Source: Phyllobates terribilis (lineage: Eukaryota). Taken from it: a DNA stretch of 64,000 bases. The notes beneath the pieces are model-generated. The model was not told the DNA's origin and ran no database searches. It saw nothing but the letters and a program-made list of their open reading frames with translations. The position numbers were made by a program, and so were the translations under genes. This document shows positions 25,873 to 36,900 of this stretch, piece after piece. Location: contig NW_027362769.1 in assembly GCF_046119375.1 (NCBI RefSeq), positions 401,884,001 through 401,948,000 on the forward strand, given 5' to 3'. Numbering within the stretch: position 1 is the first letter of the stretch; each line of letters begins with the position of its first letter.

Positions 25873-27848
25873 ATGGTGAGTTTTACTCCAGTATCATTAT
25901 CGGCTGTCATGGCTTCTCTGTAAGTAAGTGAACCCCTGCTGCTGCTGCTGCTCTGGTCGCTCGGTACATGGTGGATATACAGTAACAATATGTGTCCACA
26001 ATGGAGGAGGAGGCAGCGCTGTGTCTGGTTGATTCCCCTCACACTGTTTTCTATCAGGCGGTGACGCTGCACACGGACCTGGGCGACATCAAGATCGAGG
26101 TGTTCTGTGAGCGAGCGCCGAAGGCCAGCGAGGTGAGTGACCCCCCCCGTGAGACCGCCGCCGACCAGACGGCTGCCACCCCCGACCAGACGGCTGCCCC
26201 CGCCGACCAGACGGCTGCCCCCCGCCGACCAGACGGCTGCCCCCCGCCGACCAGACGGCTGCCCCCGCCGACCAGACGGCTGCCCCCCGCCGACCAGACG
26301 GCTGCCCCCGCCGACCAGACGGCTGCCCCCGCCGACCAGACGGCTGCCCCCGCCGACCAGACGGCTGCCACCGCTGACGTTCTCCGTCTCCTCCTGCAGA
26401 ACTTCTTGGCTCTCTGTGCCGGAAACTACTACACCGGCTGCATGTTCCACCGCAACATCAAGGGCTTCATGGTGCAGACGGGCGACCCCACAGGTGAGGG
26501 GGCGGCTGGTGGGCGAGACACGAGGAGGGGACGGGCGGCTGGTGGGCGAGACACGAGGAGGGGACGGGCAGCTACAGGGTGAAATGAGGAGGGGGGATGG
26601 AGGGCTGTGGGGCGAGATGCCAGGAGGGTCAACAGCCCCCCGTCTTCCCTTTGTCTCTCGCGCTGCGCGGCCTCTCATCCTGGTTTTCTTTTTCAGGGAC
26701 AGGGAAGGGCGGTCAAAGCATTTGGGGTCGTAAATTTGAGGATGAGTTCAGCGAATTCTTGAAGGTGAGTCACATTTTGTCCTCGTCCATCAGTCGGAGC
26801 CGGGGGCTGAATGTCACTCCGGCACCCGATGTTCTGGAGCAGCTGGCGCCTTCTCCCTTCTAAGGCCGCTGTGCAGACACCAGTATATGTATATTAGAAC
26901 AACAGGTCTGATGATCCAGAATCAGTGCCGGAGTATCAGACTCTGCGTGATGTGATTAATACGAGCTACGCAGGATGATTCCCGTCCACCATCTTGTCCC
27001 CCGTAGCACAGCGTCCGCGGCGTCGTCTCCATGGCAAACAGCGGCCCCAACACCAACGCCGCGCAGTTCTTCATCACTTACGGAAAACAGCCGCATCTGG
27101 ACATGAAGTACACCATACTGGGGAAGTAAGTGACCGGACAGCGCAGAGGATGTCAGGAGAGGGGGTGCCGCAGCGCAGAGGATGTCAGGAGAGGGGGCGC
27201 CGCAGCGCAGAGGATGTCAGGAGAGGGGGCGCCGCAGCGCAGAGGATGTCAGGAGAGGGGGCGCCGCAGCGCAGGGGCTGTCGGGAGAGGGGGCGCCGCA
27301 GCGCAGGGGCTGTCGGGAGAGGGGGCGCCGCAGCGCAGGGGCTGTCGGGAGAGGGGGCGCCGCAGCGCAGGGGCTGTCGGGAGAGGGGGCGCCGCAGCGC
27401 AGGGGCTGTCGGGAGAGGGGGCGCCGCAGCGCAGGGGCTGTCGGGAGAGGGTACTGGGGAAGTAAGTGACCCACGCCGAGGATGTCAGGAGGGGAGAGCT
27501 GTGATCTTATAGAGGGGGCACATACTGAGAGAGAGTATTTTAGGCCAGTAGTGGAGTGCTGTCAGCACCTTGTGCCCCGGAGCGCTCGCTCCCCTTTGTC
27601 TCCGTTCCCCTTTTCACATCCTGATGAATGGGAGGCTAAATATTTCATAGCAGAAAGAGCAGGGTCCCCAGCAGCACAGAGTATTTCAGGAGCTGATTGT
27701 TGTTTCCGCTACGCTCTGCAGAGTCATCGATGGACTGGACACGTTGGATGAACTGGAGAAACTTCCGGTACATGAGAAATCCTTCCGGCCCCTGGAGGAA
27801 GTGCGAATCAAAGACGTCACCATCCACGCCAACCCGTTCGCCCTGTGA
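25873..27848 (+). CDS. PPIL3: Peptidyl-prolyl cis-trans isomerase-like 3 (cyclophilin J), 161 aa
   Basis: Exons: 25873-25875 (ATG only), 26058-26132, 26400-26493, 26697-26764, 27007-27125, 27722-27848 = 486 nt. Peptides [62 protein letters not shown] at 28011-28016. Confidence 0.97.
26150..26375. repeat. 22-23-bp GC-rich tandem repeat (CCGCCGACCAGACGGCTGCCC) in a PPIL3 intron
   Basis: About 10 tandem copies. Confidence 0.9.
27140..27450. repeat. 32-bp GC-rich tandem repeat in a PPIL3 intron
   Basis: Unit GTCGGGAGAGGGGGCGCCGCAGCGCAGGGGCT, ~9 copies. Confidence 0.9.
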
Positions 27849-28456
27849 TTCGGGCCGGTGATCCCCTATCTCTCTCATCTGTATCAGATGCTGCATTGTG
27901 TACAACAGCGGTGCAGAGTGTTTAAGGGACTTGGACTATTGCACATGCTCAGTACAGGCATCAGGTGCAGTTTTGTTTTTTTTATACGTATGACAAAATT
28001 TTGCTGAAAAATTAAAACAAATTTTCTTTTTAGAAAATTTCTCCAGATGATTCGTCATCGGCGGAGACTGATAGCGGAAAAATCCAATCTGTCTGCTCAG
28101 AACCCTTCACTCCTGGCCGGGCCTGGATCTGTATGGGGGACGTCGGGCCGGAGAGAGCGGACCACCAGGCGAGGTCTGCAGACCAGTATTGGAGGTGTAC
28201 GGACTGGAGATTGAGTGAATAGGAAGAACGCGACGGGCACAACTAGTAATGTGTTAGGAGTCAGTCAGGTATATAGAGAACAAAAGGTATCTGCAAAGCA
28301 GGGATTGCCCATCCAAAATGAAAAAATAACAGATATAACTGAAAGAAGGGTAGAAAAGCACTGTACAGAATACTGACCTCAACCGATGGGTGAAAAACAA
28401 AATAAAGAAGCCGATTAGCCAACCATGGCTGGAGACAAGAAGTAGGCGAGCAGAGA

Positions 28457-28497
28457 GGTCCAACGCGTTTCGCCAAACACAACTGCTTCCTCAGGAG
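28457..28497 (-). ncRNA. Degenerate Penelope-type minimal hammerhead ribozyme motif, probably from a PLE fragment at ~28030-28500
   Basis: The minus strand reads CTGAGGA-AGC...GGC-GAAA-CGCGT-T-GG, with the palindromic ACGCGT stem III typical of PLE hammerheads. Stems I and II are weak. Confidence 0.5.
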
Positions 28498-28706
28498 ATT
28501 GTGTAAAGGCTGAGTGCTGATGACACTTTCATGGCGGAGCAGGTTCGCTTCCCATACATCTACATCTCTGCAATGAACATCTTCCCATCCCCATCACTAA
28601 CGGCAGGATGACGCTCTGAGCCGCCCTCGCTGACCAAATCTCTTACTGATCGACCTACTATGAAACCCTGGCCTATTCCTTTATCACAGCCCATGGGGGA
28701 TTATAA

Positions 28707-29066
28707 GGGTATGTGCACACTGTCAGGAATGGCAGCGCTTTGTACGCGGTATACTTGATCCTGCGTTAAAGCTCTACGCGCAGGTGAAGCTGCCATGTGT
28801 TCATTGAACCATCCTGTACATTGCACTGATACAATTTCTCTTGCGGAGACTAGTGTCTCCGCAAGAGAAATTGACACGCTGCGGTCTGCGAAGACGCCGC
28901 ATGTCCGTCTCCGCGGGTGAGCTACAGGAGAACGGGAACGCATAGTTGGCAAGGGGTTTCTACAAATCCCATCCACTATGCTGTAACATCTGGCCGCTGC
29001 GGATTTCACGCAGCGCAAGTGTACTGCGTCCAATCTGCTGCGTTTACTGATCGTCTGCACATACCC
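28707..29066. mobile_element. MITE, probably PIF/Harbinger-type, ~360 bp
   Basis: 11-bp perfect TIR GGGTATGTGCA...TGCACATACCC, preceded by TAA (right flank TTG, so the TSD is imperfect). Internal perfect 19-bp inverted repeat at 28832-28873. Confidence 0.7.
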
Positions 29067-29469
29067 TTGAGGTTGGGGAGGGTCCTCCTGACGACCACAC
29101 ATTTGTACCAGTGTCAGTGCATAGATTGTATCTTCATTATTCTTCTTCCTCTGTCCTTCCATCTTCTGTTCTTCATTCTCCATAACACCTACAGGCCGTC
29201 TCAATACTCTGCAGCTCTCGCTGTATCTTCATCTTCTCTACATAATCTGTTCTCTATATCTCGCAGTATGAAGGATCGTTAAGTTTTGTAAAAAATTGGA
29301 TTGTTTGCCCAGTTACTTACCTAATTAGTAAGTAATGGCGATGCCGGTGAGAGTGGAGTAAAAAAAAAAGACTTTAACTATGACTCTTGAGATGACGAGA
29401 TTCTTCAGCCAACAATCAGGTATCTCATCTGTTGTACATGGAGCAGCTTCATTAGATAAGTACCCCAGA

Positions 29470-30305
29470 TCCTCCTTGTAGGACTCTCCAGGCTCCTCGC
29501 TGATTTTGGCTCCTTGTAGGACGCTCCAGGCTCTTCGCTGATTTTGGCTCCTTGTAGGACGCTTCAGACTCCTCGCTGATTTTGGCTCCGTGTAGGACGC
29601 TCCAGACTCCTCGCTGATTTTGGCTCCTTGTAGGACGCTCCAGACTCCTCACTGATTTTGGCTCCTTGTAGGACGCTCCAGACTTCTCGCTGATTTTGGC
29701 TCCTTGTAGGACGCTCCAGACTCCTCGCTGATTTTGGCTCCTTGTAGGACGCTCCAGACTCCTCGCTGATTTTGGCTCCTTGTAGGACGCTCCAGACTCC
29801 TCACTGATTTTGGCTCCTTGTAGGACGCTCCAGACTCCTCGCTGATTTTGGCTCCTTGTAGGACGCTCCAGACTCCTCGCTGATTTTGGCTCCTTGTAGG
29901 ACGCTCCAGACTCCTCGCTGATTTTGGCTCCTTGTAGGACGCTCCAGGCTCCGCGCTGATTTTGGCTCCTTGTAGGACGCTCCAGGCTCCTCGCTGATTT
30001 TGGCTCCTTGTAGGACGCTCCAGGCTCCTCGCTGATTTTGGCTCCTTGTAGGACTCTCCAGGCTCCTCGCTGATTTTGGCTCCTTGTAGGACGCTCCAGA
30101 CTCCTCGCTGAATTTGGCTCCTTGTAGGACGCTCCAGACTCCGCTGATTTTGGCTCCTTGTAGGACGCTCCAGGCTCCTCGCTGATTTTGGCTCCTTGTA
30201 GGACGCTCCAGACTCCTCGCTGAATTTGGCTCCTTGTAGGACGCTCCAGACTCCTTGCTGATTTTGGCTCCTTGTAGGACGCTCCAGACTCCGCTGATTT
30301 TGGCT
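29470..30305. repeat. 38-bp minisatellite (CTCCTCGCTGATTTTGGCTCCTTGTAGGACGCTCCAGA)n
   Basis: About 22 tandem copies. It explains the 38-aa-periodic ORFs 29452..30336 and 29801..30385. Confidence 0.95.
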
Positions 30306-31251
30306 TCCCCATTTTTTTTTTTGCTATGATGAACAATCCTAAATGTCACCTTTAAATAATCAGGAGATTTTTTGGTCTTTGTCATTATTAGAGTGAAAAA
30401 GTCTTGACATCGTGGACCAGGTTCTTGAACTTCTCAGTAGCTTCTGTGTAAGAGATTGGTTGCTCCAGGATTGGGTCAGAAAAAAAATCAGCTTTCCAAT
30501 ACGATGACTAAAGTCGTCCTACAACCTTGATGAGACCATCGTTGTAGAGGAGATCTCACCTCTTTGCTCTGGTTACTTTGAGGCAACGCGTAAAAGCTCC
30601 CGAGGACTGGATGATGTGGAATGATGCATTGTGGACCTCACCTTGGGGATGTAATCTCTGGTTGAAATGTAACCCCCCCCATGCCCAAAAGGAGGAGACT
30701 CATGGATCCAACTTAGGTTTGCATATTAGTCTAGTCTAGCTTCCAACCGGGTTTTGAAGAAAGGAGAATATTGTTTTGAACCTTGGTTGTCTTAAGATTC
30801 TTTGGAAATATTTTCTGGACTGCTTTGAGGACTTAACACAAACCAAAGCCTCGCTCCTCCTATCCTCATGGAATAACAATTTGCTTTGTTTCACCTTTGG
30901 ATCCATTTATCAGGATCTCTGTCTTCTCCACAAAGAATTATATGAAAGGTTTCATTCGTAGAGACTTCAATCTCAAAGATGAACCAACAAAGTAGCACTC
31001 TGTAACAGAGTGCTACTTTGTTTGTTCATTGTACATGGAAGTAGCTCCTCTTAGTAAGCACCTGTTCCCACCTATTTCTTGTAGTGGAAGTGCCGTCAGT
31101 TTCTTTGTTATTCAATCTCAAAGATATCCTGGTCATCTACAGAAGTCGGAGCTTTCTGAGGACGTGTGCGAATAATCATCTCCATTGTCTCTATAGGGCA
31201 GCACATTGGCTCAGTGATTAGCACTAAACTATATATATATAAGGCATCCCG

Positions 31252-31515
31252 ATGGCTCAGTGGTTAGCAATTATATACGGTGGCTCAGTGGTCAGCCCTG
31301 TTACCTTGCAGAGCTGGGATCCTGCCAAGGACAACATCTGCAAGGAGTTTGTATCTTCTCCCCGTGTTTGCTTGGGTTTCCTCCAGGTTCTCCGGTTTCC
31401 TCCCACTCTCCAAACACTGATAGGGAATGTAGATTGTGAGCCCCAATGGGGACAGTTATTATATCTGTAAAGCTGTGAAATATGATGGTGCCATGTAAGC
31501 AATGCATAATAATAA
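31252..31515 (+). mobile_element. tRNA-derived SINE with V-SINE-like core
   Basis: A-box TGGCTCAGTGGTTAGCA; core GGGTTTCCTCCAGGTTCTCCGGTTTCCTCCCAC; tail TAGATTGTGAGCCCCAATGGGGACAG...AATAATAAA. The B-box region appears deleted. Confidence 0.75.
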
Positions 31516-32699
31516 ATATCTCACAAGGAAAGTGAGGTGCTGCCGTGTATATGAGCTTCCCATGAGGAGGAACGCTTCAGTAGCAACTGAACTTGGTTTG
31601 TTAGGACAAGATGAAAACTTCATAAGCTCTGCCGTCTGCTGGCGATGTCATCTCCATAGGGTAGGTTTGTACTTCTGAAAAGGGTTATGGGGTGATTCAC
31701 TTCGCGTGAATCATCCAAAACAGTCGCATTACAGATGACTGATCAGCCACAGAGGGCTCGGATGCTCCACCAATGATTCCTTGCAGTATCACATAGAGTA
31801 GTATAGCTCAGCCATTCAAGAAGGAGCATCGCAGCCTTTATAAAAGCAGAAGCAGGAAATGCAGCGGCTGTTCTAGGGTGAATCTGGATAGTGAGAGGAC
31901 GTCACAGCACAGAAATGGGAAAATAAAGGCATACAACACAGAAGACACTGCACAGATAGTGTGATGAAAAGAGAATCGTGTTATAAATGCTTTTTCAGAG
32001 CATATCTTGTAGCTTGTGAGCCCTCGCTGGCAGAGTCCTCTCTACTCCTGGACCAGTCAGCGACTTCTATTGTCTGAGATTATCGTACTTGTTTGCGGTG
32101 TACAGTAATACCTATATAGCAGCCATACACTGCTGTGAAGTTCTATAGAGTGATACAACCACACAGATAATACCGCCATACAGTAACCAAACACCAGATA
32201 CATAGACTAACAGCACCACCATTCACCATGACGGAAAAAGGCAACAGACTGTAACAAAATATTCAGCCCTGAGTCCGGTGCTGTGCAGTTAGAGGGATTG
32301 CTTATCTTCTCCCCGGCTCCCTGCTGACCATTGTGTTGCGCTCCAGAAGGTTGACCGTCCACCCAAACATCATGGCTGGTCGTACTGCTGGTCCGCGTTG
32401 CCTGTGCTGTACCGGAGGAGCACTGGGGATCTGAAGCTGGCTGCATCCAACAACGCCAGAAGCTTTACAAGCTCTAAAGAAAACTGCTTGGAAACAATTC
32501 TCTTATTGCCTAGGAGACCAACCTCCTCTGATAAGACATCAATGGTGGTCGGTAATTTAGGCAAAACAAAACGACCTTCATTCTCGAGAGACTTTTAATG
32601 AATAGTGTTCAGTAGAGATGACTGATATTTACAAGCCTTTTGCTGTTTTATTAATTTTAAGGAGATACAATCCTTTCTGATTGGTGGTCAGGAGTCCGA

Positions 32700-33940
32700 T
32701 GGCCCCTAGACATGATGATGACCTGTGGCGTGGGTGGCCCCTAGAGATGATGGTGCTACGTGGCTCTGGTGGCCCCTAGAGACGATGGTGACCCGTGGCT
32801 CTGGTGGCCCCTAGAGATGATGGTGCTACGTGGCTCTGGTGGCCCCTAGAGATGATGGTGCTACGTGGCTCTGGTGGCCCCTAGAGATGATGGTGCTACG
32901 TGGCGCTGGTGGCTCTAGAGATGATGGTGCTACGTGGCACTGGTGGCTCTAGAGATGATGGTGCTACATGGCGCTGGTGGCCCCTAGAGATGATGGTGAC
33001 TCGTGGCTCTGGTGGCCCCTAGAGATGATGGTGACCCGTGGCTCTGGTGGCCCCTAGAGATGATGGTGAACCGTGGCTCTGGTGGCCCCTAGAGACGATG
33101 GTGACCCGTGACGCTGGTGGCTCTAGAGATGGTGACCCGTGGCTCTGGTGGCCCCTAGAGATGATGGTGACACATGATGCTGGTGGCTCTAGAGATGATG
33201 GTGACCCGTGGCTCTGGTGGCCCCTAGAGATGATGGTGACTCGTGGTGCTGGTGGCTCTAGAGATGATGGTGACCCGTGGCTCTGGTGGCCCCTAGAGAT
33301 GATGGTGACCCGTGGCTCTGGTGGCCCCTAGAGACAATGGTGACCCGTGATGCTGGTGGCTCTAGAGATGGTGACCCGTGGCTCTGGTGGCCCCTAGAGA
33401 TGATGGTGCTACGTGGCGCTTGTGGCTCTAGAGATGATGGTGACCCGTGGTGCTGGTGGCTCTAGAGATGGTGGTGACCTGTGGCGCTGGTGGCTCTAGA
33501 GATGATGGTGACCCGTGGCGCTGGTTGCTCTAGAGATGATGGTGACCCGTGGTGCTGGTGGCTCTAGAGATGGTGGTTACCCGTGGCGCTGGTGGCCCCT
33601 AGAGATGATGGTGACCCGTGGCACTGGTGGCTCTAGAGATGATGGTGACCCGTGGCGCTGGTGGCTCTAGAGATGATGGTGACCCGTGGTGCTGGTGGCT
33701 CTAGAGATGGTGGTGACCCGTGGTGCTGGTGGCTCTAGAGATGATGGTGACCCGTGGTGCTGGTGGCTCTAGAGATGGTGGTGACCCGTGGTGCTGGTGG
33801 CCCCTAGAGATGATGGTGACCCGTGGTGCTGGTGGCCCCTAGAGATGATGGTGACCCGTGGCGCTGGTGACCTCTAAAGATGATGGTGCCCCGTGGCGCT
33901 GGTGGCTCTAGAGACGATGGTGCCCCGTGGCGCTGGTGGC
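32700..33940. repeat. 34-35-bp minisatellite (GTGGCTCTGGTGGCCCCTAGAGATGATGGTGACCC), in the inferred 3' UTR of the IFI44-like gene
   Basis: Direct periodicity. It abuts the stop codon at 33943. The first minus-strand AATAAA beyond it is at 32647-32652. Confidence 0.93.
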
Positions 33941-33942
33941 CA

Positions 33943-36900
33943 TCATCTGCTGCTCCTGTGGTTGCTCCTCAGCTTGGCGATCTCCCTCTCCAGCACCGCG
34001 CGGTGCATGTACTTGATCAGGAACTTCTTGCGCTCGGCTCTTTCTCTGATGACGTCACGTCGCTCTGACATCCGGAAGGCGACGTCCTGCAGAGCATTGC
34101 ATAGGAAGGTCAGGATGGCGGTGTCCCGGCCGAGGGTCCGCAGGTGGTCCTCCTCCATGTAGTTCTCCACCAGCACCACATGCTCAGCTCCTGCCAGTCG
34201 GAATTGTCTTTCTATCTCCTCCACAGACGTACTGTTCTTGCGAGTAATGATGATTATGGGAGAGAGACCTGCGAGAAGAAGACAGGAAAGTCCCTGCTAT
34301 CATCCACTGACGCCATAGATACACGGCCATCAGACAGTGGTTACAGCCGCCGAGGCCGCGGGGAAACTGTCGGATTCCTCAGGACTGCGCCCATCTTCAC
34401 ACTTGAAGGTTTTCTATTCTAAAATCAGCTGTCTTACCAGATTTTTATATCACAATCTGTATTAAAAAGGTATTATCAGTCATTATACAGGAGGGGGAGG
34501 AGGCGAGCTGTGACATCTATTGTGAATGGTGGGTCCTGTGTTATCTACTGTATATAGAGGTGTTATCAGTCATTGCACAGGAGGGGGAGGAGGTGAGCTG
34601 TGACATCATCTATTGTGAATTATGGGTCCTGTTATCTACTGTATATAGAGGTATTATCAGTCATTGTACAGCAGGAGGAGGTGAGCTGTGACCTCACTTA
34701 TTGTGAATGGTGGATCCTGTGTTATCTACTGTATATAGAGGTGTTATCAGTCATTGTACAGAAGGAGGAGGAGGTGAGCTGTGACATCACCTATTGTGAG
34801 TGGTAGATCCTGTTATCTACTGTATATAGAGGTGTTACCAGTCATTGTAATCCTGCCTGCGATGATAATGAGTGTTCTGAAAAGTCTTCAATAAAGAACA
34901 GAAAGCGCAAGTCTAAAATAGCCCCAGTGACCAGTGTGAACCGTGCAAGATTTCTATTTAAACGTAACTGATTGTGATATGTAAGAAGAACATGGCCAAA
35001 AGGGTTTACAAAAAATAATTTAGCAAAAAAAAAAACTGATTTAAAAAATACATTCACTTTAAGACTCTTTTTAAGACATTGAAATGAATGAGAACTGTAA
35101 CTCTGCCCGGGTCTGATGATTTGCTGCAGTCCTGCATTCCCACTAGTATCTCACAGGCCGCTGCAACAGAGACGTCACTGTGTCCAAGAGACAGAGGAAA
35201 AAAGAGGCGATGACGTCCGTACAGTGCACCTGCTGCACCGCCTGAGCGCACACAGTACAGAGAAGCGCACACAGTACAGAGAAGCGCACACAGTACAGAG
35301 AAGCGCACACAGTACAGAGAAGCGCACACAGTACAGAGAAGCGCACTGGGGAGATGGAGGCCAGGTAAGTAGTAGTTTTTTTTTATTATTTTCAGGTACT
35401 AAACTTAGATTGTGAGCCCCAATGGGGACAGTGATGATAATGTCTGTAAAGCGCTGTGGAATTAATGGCGCTATATAAGTGAGGACAATAAATAAAAAAT
35501 AAATACTGGTGGATAGGATTGTAGGGACTAGCACTCTGTGTAAGGCCTCTAGAGCATCATCATACTGTGTGAAAGGCTGTGGGAACATATGTATTGGGTA
35601 GGTGGGTCATGGATGCATGATACTGTGTGAGTGGCCTCAGGGGAGAAATACTTTGGTGATATCATACTGTGTGTGGGGGGAATGTACTGTGGGGACATCA
35701 TACTGTGTGTGGGGAATGTACTGTGAGGACATCATACTGTGTGGAGGGAATGTACTGTGGGGACATCATACTGTGTGTGGAGGAATGTACTGTGGAGACA
35801 TCATACTGTGTGTGGGGGGAATGTACTGTGAGGACATCATACTGTGTGGAGGGAATGTACTGTGAGGACATCATACTGTGTGGAGGGAATGTACTGTGAG
35901 GACATCATACTGTGTGGGGGGAATGTACTGTGGGGACATCATACTGTGTGTGGAGGAATGTACTGTGAGGACATCATACTGTGTGTGGGGGGATGTACTG
36001 TGAGGACATCATACTGTGTGGAGGGAATGTACTGTGGGGACATCATACTGTGTGTGGGGGGAATGTACTGTGAGGACATCATACTGTGTGTGGGGGGAAT
36101 GTACTGTGAGGACATCATACTGTGTGTGGGGGGAATGTACTGTGAGGACATCATACTGTGTGGGGGGAATGTACTGTGAGGACATCATACTGTGTGGGGG
36201 GAATGTACTGTGAGGACATCATACTGTGTGTGGAGGAATGTACTGTGGGGACATCATACTGTGTGGGGGAATGTACTGTGAGGACATCATACTGTGTGGG
36301 GGAATGTACTGTGGGGACATCATACTGTGTGTGGGGGAATGTACTGTGGGGACATCATACTGTGTGTGGAGGGAATGTACTGTGGGGACATCATACTGTG
36401 TGTGGAGGGAATGTACTGTGAGGACATCATACTGTGTGTGGAGGAATGTACTGTGGGGACATCATACTGTGTGGGGGAATGTACTGTGGGGACATCATAC
36501 TGTGTGTGGGGGGAATGTACTGTGGGGACATCATACTGTGTGTGGGGGAATGTACTGTGAGGACATCATACTGTGTGTAGAGGAATGTACTGTGAGGACA
36601 TCATACTGTGTGTGGGGGGAATGTACTGTGGGGACATCATACTGTGTGTGGGGGGAATGTACTGTGGGGACATCATACTGTGTGTGGGGGGAATGTACTG
36701 TGGGGACATCATACTGTGTGTGGGGGGAATGTACTGTGGGGACATCATACTGTGTGTGGGGGGAATGTACTGTGGGGACATCATACTGTGTGTGGGGGGA
36801 ATGTACTGTGGGGACATCATACTGTGTGTGGGGGGAATGTACTGTGGGGACATCATACTGTGTGTGGGGGGAATGTACTGTGGGGACATCATACTGTGTG

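Noticed and set aside
25992-26582. 196-aa ORF containing PPIL3 peptides joined by TAAPADQ repeats
   Set aside because: It is intron read-through: exons 26058-26132 and 26400-26493 happen to be in frame across a repeat-filled intron with canonical splice sites.
29452-30385. 294-aa and 194-aa ORFs
   Set aside because: Their 38-aa periodicity equals three 38-bp units; these are minisatellite translations.
30400-30960. Possible degraded LINE or pseudogene fragments
   Set aside because: There are frequent stops in all frames and no motif I can assign with confidence.
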